Shown piece after piece: positions 36,595 through 49,018 of a stretch of DNA of 64,000 bases; the first letter of the stretch is position 1, and each line of letters opens with the position of its first letter. The notes under the pieces are model-generated. The model saw only the letters and a list, made by a program, of their open reading frames with translations. It was not told the origin of the DNA and did not search any database. The position numbers were made by a program, and so were the translations under genes. This stretch comes from Chiloscyllium plagiosum (lineage: Eukaryota), in contig NC_057749.1 of the NCBI RefSeq assembly GCF_004010195.1, positions 17,638,146 through 17,702,145 of the forward strand, given 5' to 3'.

Positions 36595-37330
36595 GTATGG
36601 AAGGTGCTAGCTATGAAGAGAGGTTGAGTAGGTTAGGATTGTTTTCATTAGAAAAAATGAGATTGAGGGGGGACCTGATTGAGGTTTACAAAATCATGAA
36701 GGGTATAGACAGGGTGGATAGAGATAAGCTTTTTCTCAGGGTGAGGGATTCAATAATGAGAGGTCACACATTCAAGGTGAGAGGTGAAAAGTTTAAGGGG
36801 GATACACGCGGAAAGTACTTTACACAGGATGGTTGTGGAGAAAGTGAGGACTGCAGATGCTGGAGATCAGAGCTGGAAATGTGTTGCTGGAAAAGCGCAC
36901 CAGGTCAGGCAGCATCCAAGGAGCAGGAGAATCGACGTTTCGAGCATGAGCCCTTCTTCAGGAATCATAAATCATGAGCCCTTCTTCAGGAAGAAGGGCT
37001 CATGATTCATGATTCCTGAAGAAGGGCTCATGCTCGAAATGTTGATTCTCCTGCTCCTTGGATGCTGCCTGACCTGGCGCACTTTTCCAGCAACACATTT
37101 TCAGCACAGAGGATGGTAGTGCCTGGAACGCGTTGCCAGCAGAGGTGGTAGAGGCAGGCACGGTAGATTCATTTCAGGTGCGTCTGGACAAATTCATGAG
37201 TAGGTGGACAACAGAGGTGTACAGGTCCTTAGGAATTGGGCAACACGTTTAGACAGTGCATTTGGATCAGCTCAGGCTTGGAGGGCCGAAGGGCCTGTTC
37301 CTGGGCTGTAAACTTTCTTCTTTGTTCTTT
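36595..37330 (+). mobile_element. CR1 3' fragment interrupted by a PLE palindrome (about 36837-37105)
   Basis: SYEERLSRLGLFSLEKMRLRGDLIEVYKIMKG...YFTQ. CR1 resumes at 37106. Confidence 0.9.
36929..37047. ncRNA. Back-to-back hammerhead motifs on opposite strands (36929-36966 minus; 37011-37047 plus, variant)
   Basis: Minus: gattc CTGAAGA a GGGC tcat GCTC GAAAC GTC gattc. The plus copy has GAAAT GTT. Confidence 0.7.
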
Positions 37331-37997
37331 GACAGCATTGACCTTTTTTACTGAGGTCAGCAGGGGAGCACTTGTTGCTGAGCTTAACAAGAACTTCCCA
37401 CGCAGACCTAGTGATCCCTGAAATGCGTTTCTCAGATCTCTCAGTCTGAGAACACTTTCAGTCTGGATTTCTAAACATTCAAAAGTAGGTAAGCAGCCAA
37501 TCACATCAAAGCATTCACACACACAGCAAATCAAGACGTTAGAAATCAATGTTTTTCACTTTCAATGTACATTTTCCAACAGCAAAGCAATCGATTTAGA
37601 TATAATTGAGGTAGAGGCTAAAACTGAGATTAAAAAGCATTACAATGTTAAACATATGGATTAAAAACAAGTCATTACTGAGAAAAATCACTTGGGGTCA
37701 CAATTTCAGAATATGGGGTCAGCTATTTAAGACTGAGATGAGGAGAAACTTCTTACACACGGACTAAGGAACATAAGAGCATGAAAGGCCATTCAGCCCA
37801 TTGAGACAGTTCTATCATGCAATAAGATCATGGCCCCAATTATCTCTCACCCACTTACTTATCATGGATCTATCCACCTCTGTCTTCAAAATAGTCAAAG
37901 ATTCTGCTTCCACCACCTTTTTGAGAAAGTAAGTTTCAAGGATTCACAGCTTTCTGTGTCTTAAAAGGGCAACTGCATGTTTTTAAACAATGGCCCT

Positions 37998-38228
37998 GTA
38001 GTGATTGGAACCATTGTCGTAGTCAATGATTGGAGTTGTTAACCTGGGCCAATCAGGGAGCCCTGGCTGATAGATGTAAGCGGACAATTCCAAAAAAGTA
38101 AACGGAAGACTCAGAAGGGCCCCTCAGTCTAGGGACTGACTCTGCGCTGGCTGGTTAGAGCCCATACAGTGCACATGTAAATAAAGGGTGACATAGTGAC
38201 AGGATACCAGCCGTTGTGGGGGTATTTC
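37998..38228 (+). mobile_element. Solo-LTR-like insert within an old minus-strand CR1 remnant (about 37765-38790)
   Basis: ccaatcagggagccctggctga and gtaaataaagggtgac are shared with 21757-23630. gccc flanks both sides. Confidence 0.55.
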
Positions 38229-39049
38229 CGAGCCCTAGATCCAGATTCTCCCACAAGTGGAAACACCCTCTTTACATCCACTTTCCCAGGATTATGTTTG
38301 TTTCAATCAAGTTGTCTTATGTTCCTCTAAACTCTAGCTAATGCTACTTCTTCAAAGAACTTCAATAACTTGGTTAAATATGATTTTCCTTTCCCAAAAC
38401 CATGTTGACTCAGCCTGATTACCACAAACTTTTCTCAGTGGCCTGCCATGACATCTTTAATAATTGCTTTAACCCATTTTCCCTCTATCAGATATTTAGC
38501 TAGGTGACCTGTAGTTTACTGTTTTCTGTCTCACTCGTATTTGAAATACATTCAGTAATTTCCAATATAACAGAGCCTTTCCTGAATTAAGGGAATTTTG
38601 GAAAATTAAAACCAATGTATCAACTATCTCATTTCAAGATCCTGGATGGAATCCATCAGGGACCCAGAGACCTAACAACACCCAGCTCCAATTATTTCCT
38701 CCGAACCATTTCCTCAGTAATTGTAATCTTCCTGATTTCATCCCTTCTATCTGTTTCCTGGTTTATAGCTATTTCTGGGATATTATGGTGAAGACTAATT
38801 CCACATGTTTGAAGAAGAGTTGAAATATTTATTCTGTTTCTCTCTCCACTAGACCTGCTGAGTTTCTCCAGCATTCCCTGCATTTGCTTCCAATTTCCAG
38901 CACCTGCAATATTTTACTTTTAATGCACAATCTCTTTCATTAAAGAATTGTGTTTTTTTTTTGAAATTGACTGTCTTGGAGAACTATCAATATATATTCA
39001 AAGTGGGTTGAAGGGACTAATGGCTTTTAAGGGAAATGGATATAATGTG

Positions 39050-39699
39050 GATCATGGGATATCTGGGATAATGAGATATGGGGGAATAGGGATAATGGGG
39101 TATGGGATAATTGGATAATGGGATATGGGGGTAATGGGTTAATTGATTATGGGGGAATAGGGATAATGGGTTATGGGGGTAATGGGTTAATTGGTTATGG
39201 GAGAATAGGATATGGCAGTAATCCAGGATCTGAGCTGGAAAACGAGCTGTGATTGCATTGAATAGCGAATAATCCTAATGAATCAAATAACCTTCACCAG
39301 TTCCCATTTCTTATGCACTTTCATATGTTTATGGGAATTTAAATAGTACCATTCCAATGTTACTGGTGCTTATTGGCATCAGGAGCTAACCAAATGGTTA
39401 TGGGGTAATGGGTTAATTGGTTACGGGGTATGGGGGTAATGGGTTAATTGGTTATGGGGGAATGGGTTAATTGGTTATGGGGGTAATGGGTTAATTGGTT
39501 ATGGGGTCATGTGATATGGCAGTAATCCAGGATCTGAGCTGGAAAACGAGCTATGATTGCATTGAATAGCGAATAATCCTAATGAATCAAATAACCTTCA
39601 CCAGTTCCCATTTCTTATGCACTTTCATATGTTTATGGGAATTTAAATAGTACCATTCCAATGTTACTGGTGCTTATTGGCATCAGGAGCTAACCAAAT
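39050..39699. repeat. (atgggggtaatgggttaattggtt)-like minisatellite plus about 304-bp period tandem duplication
   Basis: 39211-39395 is repeated at 39515-39699, each copy preceded by the G/T-rich repeat. Confidence 0.92.
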
Positions 39700-40479
39700 C
39701 TGTGGTAAAGCTGTCTCTCATGTATTAGGAGACAGCAGGCAGGGTTAAAGAGGATTGAAAATAGAATGGAACATTATAGAATCAAGCTTCAGACTGTAAC
39801 CAGATTACAGCAAGTCGACAATCAATATTTGATGATGAAACTGAAGAGTAGTTTGTTGATTTTAGTAGAATATAGGACAAGAACTTACTTTGCATAAAAA
39901 ATTAATGACCTATATTTCCAGATTTAAGTGATTGCAATTGCCGATTAGTTACATGGCTTTGTGAGATTGTGCAATGATGGAGAGAGCTTGAGTCAGCTTA
40001 TAGCCCCTGTGCAGGGCGACTTGCGTTGTAATGGCTGAGTCCCTACCTCCTAGTCAGGAATCACTTAATTTACAATGGACAGTTATTTATTTGTCCACAA
40101 TATATTTGAGGTCTTCAGTTGCGTGCACAGATTTCCTGCAATGTTTTTATATAGTTCGGACATGTTCCTGTCCGACCTTAGACCACATGTAAATTTATTC
40201 AAACCAAGGCATATCGGAAGATTTATTCTAGCACTACTACTCTGTTTGACTTTCAGTTTCTCAGCAGTGGATGATGGAGAGATAAGTTCAAACAGCCTAA
40301 AATACAACCCGGAACCTTGGCATGCTTTTCAAATGATAATTTGTGATCATTTTTGCATTTTCCTGAAAATACAAAACAACATTTAAAGTCCATGCTTCTA
40401 CTCCCTCTCTCCAAGAACCAAGTGTGTTCCACAACGTAAACACCTGACCTGGGCCTCAACCAATGCAGCATTCTCTTCA

Positions 40480-41250
40480 CACTGAATGGTAGATCCCTAG
40501 GAGATACTGAGGAACAAAGGGACCTTAATGTACAAGACCATTGATCCCCGGAGGTGTCATCACAGGGAGACAGGGTGGGGAAGGAGGCAGATGGAATGCC
40601 TGACTTCCTTAACCGGGGCAGGGAATCTAGGAGCAAGGAAGTCTTGTTACAACTTTATAAAACATTGGTTAGACCACAGGTGGAATACTGTGGGTAGCCC
40701 TGGTCACCACACTATTGGAAGGATGGGATTGCACTGGAGATGGTGCAGAGGAGATTCACCAGGATGGTGCCTAGGATGGAAAGTCTTAGTTATGAGGAGA
40801 GACGGGATAGGCAGGGCTTGTATTCCCTGGATCAGAAGGGGCTGAGGGGAGGGATCTGAACGAGATGTGCAGAATTATGAGAGGTAAAGATAGAGGAGAT
40901 TATGAGAACCTTCTCCTCAGGGCAGATGTGTCTCAGAGCAGAGGATGTGAGGTTAAGGTGAGGAGTAAGTGGGGGGGGGTTAGAGGGGACCTGAGAAAGA
41001 CACTTTCACCAAGAGGGTGGTACAATAATGGAAGGTCTGCCTGAGAAGGGGGGAGTGGGGTGGGGTGGTGGAGTCAGGTATCCCCAACATTTCAGAAGCA
41101 TCTGGATGGGCCCTTAAAATGCCAGGGTAGGCTATGGTCATGTTCAGGGAAATGGGATTAGTGACGTTTGATGCTTGTTGGTCGACACAGACATGGTGGG
41201 CCGAAGGGCCTGTTCCCTGTGTTGATTGACTCAATGCTGTCTGACTCTAC
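40480..41250 (+). mobile_element. Degenerate CR1 3' fragment
   Basis: ctttataaaacattggttagaccaca...gtgcagaggagattcaccaggatg...gggccgaagggcctgtt. Confidence 0.8.
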
Positions 41251-41582
41251 GATGTTGGTATTTACATTTCTACAGCCTCTCAGGATAAAAGCTCTTCAGA
41301 GGCTGTGTTAAGTTTGAAATGTCATGACTGTTGTGCCACTTACTTAAACGGCAGGAAGTGTGTGTAAGCAACATCCCCCAAACTGCTTTGAGATGCTTTA
41401 CTCTGAAGTCCTCTTACGAATACACGCCTGGTCCATTGCATTTGGTCCACTGACGTAGCAGAGCTCTATCGAGTTCTGCAATGTCATCTGATTGATGGAC
41501 ATTCAGGACCAGTGCTTCCACTGTTCCTATGCATTTGTTACAAAGTTATGTCTTGACTTTCCTGTTCTGACAATGGCCCCAA

Positions 41583-41820
41583 GACCAGAACATAGGAGTA
41601 GAGGCAGGCTATTCAGCCCATCGAATGGTGCTGCACCATCCAGGAAGGTCACGGCTGATCTGATCTGATCATCCTCAACTCCACTTTCCTGCCTTTTCCC
41701 ATGACCCTCAATTCCCTTCCTGATTAAAGATCTGTCCGTCTCAGCCTTGAACATACTTAATGACCCAACCTCGACAGGCCTCTGCAACAAAGACCTCCAC
41801 TGATTCCTCACCCTCTGAGA
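41583..41820 (-). mobile_element. CR1 3' end
   Basis: Minus PVEVGSLSMFKAETDRSLIRKGIEG and CR1 3' UTR. Confidence 0.75.
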
Positions 41821-42477
41821 TTAAAACAAACTCCTCCTCATCACTAACTTATATGGATACTGGTGAATTTAATGCAATTAGTTACAATGAAGTTGAATTA
41901 GAAGATATTTTGATTCATCAGAAATCTACCCAATGAGAGCGGGTGGGAAGCTGTTGGCAATGTTAATATTTATTGCTAGCATTAATCTGAAAGTCTGCTG
42001 CTATTACTAAGTGACATCAGCGATATGGTCATCCACCCTGCTCCCTAAAATGGAAAAGTACATTCCTAAACACGCATGGTGGAATCATGTCCTCCATGTG
42101 GTGGGGGCAGGAATTTTAAGTAGTACATGGAGTGCTTCCTCAAGATACCCGTGTCTCTGAGCTAACCTGCTGAGGCCAGTATCAATGTTTCCCATTCAGC
42201 TGAGGGAGGAACTATGGGACCAAATGGAGGGAATGTGTCAGACATGAGATGAGTACCAGCTCCCTCCCCCAATGAGTTGGTGTGTGGTCATGGTTGTCCC
42301 CTGATGGCAGGTCATGTGACCAAGCTCTCAGCTGCCCCATCGCAAAGCTGGTGGATAGGATGGCCACAGGCTCGAGCCCAAGGAATCCTGTGGAAGGGGA
42401 ATGCCATCTGTCCTGGGCATTGCAGCCTCTGATTAGGCCTTCTGCCCTGGGAAACCATTGGTTATCTTTAACCTGCC

Positions 42478-42897
42478 AAATAAGCTGGAGCTGTTTTCCA
42501 TGGAACATCGAAGGCTGAGAGGTGACTGTATAGAGGTTTATAAAATCATGAGGGGCATGGATAAGATAAATCAACAAAGTCTTTTCCCTGGGGTCAGGGA
42601 GTTCAGAACTAGAGGGCATAGGTTTAGGGTGAGAGGGGAAAGATATAAAAGAGACCTAACAGGCAACTTTTTCACTGAGGGTGGTACGTGTATGGAATGA
42701 GCTGCCAGGGGAAGTGGTGGAGGCTGGTACAATTACAACATTTAAGAGGCATTTGGATGGGTATATGAATAGGAAGGGTTTGGAGGGATATGGGCCAGGT
42801 GCTGGCGGGTGGGACTAGATTGGGTTGGGATATCAGGTCGGCGTGGATAGGTTGGACCGAAGGCTCTGTTTCCGTGCTGTACATCTCTATGACTGTA
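42478..42897 (+). mobile_element. CR1 3' fragment (same subfamily as 9716-10393)
   Basis: LELFSMEHRRLRGDCIEVYKIMRG; 3' UTR near-identical to the 9716-10393 copy. Confidence 0.92.
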
Positions 42898-45800
42898 TGT
42901 AAGGAGACAAGGGACTATAATGCCCTCATGGGCCCATTGCATCGAGGTGGAGATCCTTCATGGCCCCATGTGGTATCTTCCCGGTGCCTGTCAGTTATGG
43001 TTGATTCAATAATGGCTGCTTCTTCTGAGCCCATGTGTGAATCTATTGTCAGAGCAATACACACCAGAAAGACTGTGACAAGGATGGGATCAAATTCCTC
43101 TTTATCACCTTTTATAAACATTAAAGGTTGATATGAGCACACAACTAACACTGAGATTTGCATCAGTCAAAGGAAACCATTATCCAATGGCTATAGGCAA
43201 GTACATAACCAAAACTGTGAAATATTCCTGTAATTGTTTTAGTCCTCTTGTTCATTTGGCATTTTACATTCTAAGGTATACCTTGCACTTTTTAAGCGAG
43301 TAGGGAATGATGTACATTACAGCTGTCTGTTTTCTGCCCCATCTGTTGAAGCAGTGTAAATAAAATTAGTGCAGTAATGGTGGCCTGTTCGGAAGAGACG
43401 TTGCCCATCATTTCTTAATGTTATGCACAATAGTCCCAATTGCAGAAAAAAATTCAAAAGCAATAAGAAACTTTCTGTCATCCACTGTCTCTACTGGTAA
43501 GCTGCACCCTGGCCACGTTTCCAGTCGATTCAAGTTGTATTAGATTATAACTGTGTTGCTAACTGCTGCTAAATAGTGTGATTATGGTAATAAGATTTGG
43601 ATCAGCCTATGTTAAAACTTTGTACATACTTTACATTCCTTTTGAGCTGCAGTTAAGGAAGTTAAATTGAACAATCAACCTTCAACGAGTTTAATATTTG
43701 CAGTTATACAGTCAAGAGGTTTCCATTTGCTATTAACTGTACAGCTAAGTTCAGGGAAAATGATTGCCTGTGGTGCTATCTCCCATATAACACTATTTCT
43801 CTTTTTATAACCAATATCACATTTCCCTAAATACCTAATTAAATAAATAAAGGTCACTGATAATTGATCCTCAATTTCTCACAGCACCTTCCAAATCTGT
43901 GGCGTCCATTGACTAGAAGGACAAGGGCAACAGGTCCTCAGGGTCAGCACAGCCTTCCCCTCACTGTCACACACCATCCTGACTCAGAAATATATCACCA
44001 TTCCTTCATCATCACTGAACCCAGGTACACCTTGTCTGAAAGCTCCTCACAGACTCTAGTCCAAGAAAGCAGTTCACCACCAGCTTCTGAAAGACAGTGT
44101 GAGGTAGACACCAGCATAGTCAGTGAAATCCATATCCCAAACTGACTACAAAAGCTTACCAACAGGAATTTATGGACAGGAGCATCCAGTAGAATTATAG
44201 GACAGTGCAGCACAGAAGGAGGCTATTCAGTCATCAGGTCTGTGCTGGCTCTTTCAAAGACAATCCAGTTGGAACCACACACCTTGCTCCTCTAAATTTT
44301 TGTCCTTTATAACTATTGACCCAATTCCTTTATTATTTGAATATGTCTTCACCTTCCTATAATTCCAAATCCTAACTACTTGTGTAAAAAGGTTATTAAC
44401 TTGATGTTTTGTGTTTGTTTTTGTTATAAATCTGTTGACTCTCAGCCATTGGAAAAGATTCCTCTTTATTTCCTCTATCTAAACCACGCTATGAATTTAA
44501 ACTGGCCTTGATTCCCTTCCTAACCTGCTCTGGTGTAAGGAGCAGAATCTCAGCATCACAGTCTGGACACATCACTATAACCCCTCATCACTGCAACCAT
44601 GTGAGACAATCTCTCCAGACCCACTCCTGAGCCGTCGCACTCTTCCGAACATATGATGACCTAGATTGGACAAAATACTCTAACTATGGCCAAGTGTACA
44701 TTCAGGTAGGGGGTGGACACTCATTGGACTTGGCTGTGCGAACCTGTCTAAGCTCTTCATAAAGGCTAAATAAAAACTTAAAAAAATACTGCGAATGCTG
44801 TAAATCAGAAACATAATCAGAATGTGCTGGATAAGCTCAGCAGGTCTGACAACATCCGTGGAGTGAAATCAGAGTTCATGTTTCGGGGCGAGTAACCCTT
44901 CTTCTGTGAAAGAGGAATAAAGCCGTGCAAAGGAAACAGTTTCAGATTTCCTGGTGCCCTCCCTAAAGCTCATTCCTCTGAACAAAGCAGTGCATTTAAG
45001 AGAAACTGCATACCTCATTAACCACTCATTGACAATAAGCTTCATTATAGATCAAACCTCTCTCCTAACAGTGAATGTTACAAAAAAATCCTTCATTGCT
45101 TCCTCCCGAGAAAGTGCTGGGCCAGGGATCCACTTTGGTGAAGGTGGAGCTGGTAACAACACAGGGGGACATCAGCACACAATGAGGAACAGCTTTAGGA
45201 GGATTGGTAACCTCTAGTAGTCTTCCATTATGACTATGCTTCAGGGTGACCGTGGGAAGGGTATTAATGGGTGTATCGAGGGGGCATGGGGATGTGGAAT
45301 TATGTGTAACGTCCCAGCTGAAATCAGTCTTGACCCTGCCTGACACCTTTAAATTGGGTTTTTCTTGAATTTAAACTTGGCTGAAAATAGATTAAACCAT
45401 TAGACATTTGAGATAATTGATCCTGATCTGACCTGTTTCATTATTTAGATTTCAAATATAACCATTTCTCACAGCATTGGTTACAGCAGTAAAATTTCAG
45501 TAGATCATTGAATGTTTACTTAGCAATTACCAGGTAGCGGTGCTGCCTTCTGTATCTCTCTGCTGCGTGAGTGAACGTGCACACAGAGCTCTGTGCAAGA
45601 CTGCCCATTGGGAGAAGGAGCAGGGAGCATGCTGAGGTCAGTGGTAATCACTGGAAATAATTTAGCTGACAGGTATTCATTTTCCAAATGAAGACTCCTT
45701 GGCAGCCCATCCAAAACGAACAATTTCATTTGGAGAATGAACTAATTACCCCTTCTGAGACGTCAACTGAACTGTCGTTCCGCAGTGACCTTGGGTTACA

Positions 45801-46084
45801 GGTTCTGTACCAGAGCTGACAGTGAGCTGAAGATGGATTGGATTTGATGATGTCGCTACAGCTCAGTTGTGTAGATGCTGTTTTCCTCAGCTGGTTTGCT
45901 TCAGGCTCATTGAAGCGTTCTTTTCCATGTTACTCCTCTTGTACCATGTTCACTGCAACTTTCTCTGAGCAGATTAACTTATTCATTTTTTCTGTGATTG
46001 ATATCAGTTTTGTATCATACTTACTTGACTTGTTTCCTTTTATTGCAGCCTAGATCCCAAGTGTATTGCTCTATGACTCACTTA

Positions 46085-46425
46085 GGAACACAGATAGAGT
46101 AAATGGTAGTTGTCTTTTCTCTAGGGTGGGGGATTCAAGAATAAAGGCACATTTCTAAGTGGAGAGAGATTTAAAAAGACATGAGGGCAATTCTTTTAAC
46201 CAACGGGTGGTTTGTGTGTGGAATAAACTTCCTAAAGAAGTGGGGTATGTGGGTACAATTACACCCTTTAAAAGACTTTTGGATGGATATTTGAAGAGGA
46301 AAGATTCAGAGGGATACGGGCCAGGAGCAGGCAGGTGGGACTAGTTGAGTTTGGGATTATGCTCGGAATGGACAGGTTGGACTGCAGGATCTGTTTCCAC
46401 ACTGTATGACTGTGACTCTATGACT
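46085..46425 (+). mobile_element. CR1 3' fragment
   Basis: FNQRVVCVWNKLPKEV; tail tatgactgtgactctatgac. Confidence 0.85.
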
Positions 46426-46532
46426 TACCAGCTAAAGATTGCGGTCAGTAGTTGGCGGGTGGGGTGGAGGGGGTTTGGGAATGCGAGGGTGGGGGCTAGT
46501 TTGGATGTAGAATCTTTGTAGAATCTTAAAAG

Positions 46533-46905
46533 CCTGCATTTATACAGCACCTGTCAGGAAAGTGCTTTACAGTCAGTGAAGTGTAATGTAGAAATCACAA
46601 CACTCAATTTGCTCAATCTGCACACAGCAAGTTCCAACAAGAGTTCTGATTGGATAATTATTTTTCATGACGTCGATTGAGAGATAATTCTGGAACTTGA
46701 TGCTGAGGAGCACTCTGCCCCACACTTCTTTGATTCAGTTCCACAGAATCTGTTGTGTCTACCTGAGAGGATAGCAGAGATTTTGTTTAATCAGCTATCT
46801 GACAGCTCCCGCAGGATGGTACTGCAGACAACCTTTGATGCTGAATTCTCTGGGCTGGAAAGACAGTCCACACCCTTTGCCTCTGAATGAAAGGCTGACC
46901 CATTG
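46533..46905 (-). mobile_element. DeuSINE-like (SacSINE1/AmnSINE1-related) old SINE
   Basis: tgcatttatacagcacc...gctttacag...tgcacacagcaagttcc...cacttctttga...cctgagagg matches my recollection of the Deu-domain and tail, in reverse. Confidence 0.5.
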
Positions 46906-47146
46906 AATAATGCTGGCATTTGGGTTCTCTCAGTACCCTCTGTTGTTTTATTCACTGCTCAGCAGATTCCTTAAGGAAATCCATGTGTAGCTTTGGCCAA
47001 TTCACTTGCATTGTTCCTGTTGGGTGTTCAGCTGGACTTACAAATGCAGCACTCATTCTCCTCCACAGGCTGTTCACCACCAAACACTTCTTCAACTCCG
47101 TAAATGGAATAGCTTTGTCTCTTTATTCTGGCAGTTCTTTCCCAAG

Positions 47147-47445
47147 CCATAGAATTCCTACAGTGTGGAAGCAGGCCATTCAGCCCATTAAGTCTGCAAT
47201 GACCCTCTGAAGGATATCCCATCCATACCCACTTCCCCATCCCTGTATTTCCCATGGCAAATCCACCTAGTCTGCATGTCTCTGGACAATTTCCCATGGT
47301 CAATCCACATAACCTGCACATCTTTGGACTGTGGGAGGAAACCACAAAGACACAATGTGCAAACTCTACACTTACAGTCACCCGAGGGTGGAATTGAACC
47401 TGGGTCCCTAGCACTGTGAGGTGGCACTGCTCACCACTGAGCTCC
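47147..47445 (-). mobile_element. HE1-type SINE
   Basis: Reverse-complement tail, V-domain and head. Confidence 0.82.
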
Positions 47446-48855
47446 CATGATTCCCCTGTTTTGGGAAAGTGGTTTTTGGAAAGGTGATTCCGTTCTTCAT
47501 TCTGTGAATCTTACCTCTGAGCTGCTCCTTCCTGGACTGATGAATGCCCTGTTCCTCTGGCAGTGATGAGCTCAGTGACCTTAACACAGTCTGAATTGGT
47601 GACCACTAATTCTGAGTCTTGTGATATTTGCACTCAGAAACACACCAACAGTTGAGATAGATTTGATTCTCCAGCCTCATTAGATTAACCTGCTTATTTT
47701 GTTGCAATTATTATGCATCTTATATTGTTGCATTCACCAGAATCCTCATGTCTCATATCATTAAGTCTAGTCAGAACAAATCAATTAAAGCAAAAGGGTT
47801 TATTTAAAATGCAGAGTAAAGCAGATTATTTTCCTCATGCATACGCTGTGCTACTGACCATCTGAAAACATGTGCACAGCCTTGACATTACACATGGTCA
47901 GGCACAGCCTGTCAGGTTCCTGTATCACAATTGCATAAAACAATCCCCATGTTCCCCTCTTGAGCACATGGGGTCGCAGGTCAACTTGCTCAGTCACTAC
48001 AGAAGATCCAGGTTGATTAAAGTCACCCACTGCCTGTAACATGGACACGGGAAATAATAATGATTGGGCATGAGCGGATAGAGAAAGACTGGTTGGGAAT
48101 GGGAAGCTGTGGTGACGGGAGTTGGTGAGGCGAGTGGGCATAAGAGTAAAGATTGGGGAGAGTGGAGCTTTGGCAGAGGGGTGGCACAGAGAACACGAGA
48201 TAGATGCACCAGAGGCGTGTAACGTTCCTAATGGAGATTGGAAACCCATTCTTCCACTGCACCTCCCAAACACCACGTGAAAGGCAGCAGATCCATGGGG
48301 TAGAATCTCCTCAGCCCCTGAACCAAGGGGGTTCTGGCACTGGCAGTTCATCGGGAAATTCGGGTGAGATCAGCAAAAGTGAGCTTATCAAAATTGAGAA
48401 GAAAGTCTGATTGTCCAAACGATGTGGTGATCAGTGAGAGAAGAATGTTGCTTGTGAGAGGCAAGAGGCCTTTTTAATTCATTCATGTGATGAGGGTGTC
48501 ACTGGCTGAATCAATATTTATTACCCACCCCTAATTGCCCAGAGGACAGTTAAGAGTCAACCACATTGCTGCGGGTCTGGAGTCACATGTAGGCCAGACC
48601 AGGTAAGGATGGCAGTTTCCGTCCCTAAAGGACATTAGTGAACCCAGGTGAGTTTTTCCAACAATTGACTCATGGACATCATTAGACTGTTAATTCCAGA
48701 TTTTACTGAGTTCAAATTCCACCATCTGCTGTGGCAGGATTCAAACCTGGGTCCCCCAGAACATTACCTGGGTCTCTGGATTAACAGTCCAGCGATAAAG
48801 CCACCAGGCTATCATCTCCCCCAGTGGATTTACATGCATTAGCATGTTATTATTA

Positions 48856-49018
48856 GGAGAAAGTGAGGATTGCAGATGCTGGAGCTCAGAGTCAAGAGGG
48901 TAGTGCTGGAAAAGCACATCAGGTCAGGATGAAGGGCTTACGTTTACGCCCGAAACATCAATTCTCCTGCTCCTGGGATGCTGTCTGACCTGCTGTGCTT
49001 TTCCAGCACCACACTCTG
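48856..49018. mobile_element. PLE palindrome with 14-bp TSD
   Basis: gcatgt(t/c)attatta at 48842-48855 and 49019-49032; inverted gtgctggaaaagcac arms. Confidence 0.78.

Noticed and set aside
42915..43163. ORF with hydrophobic stretch (PILVTVFLVCIALTI)
   Set aside because: No donor site or homology is evident.
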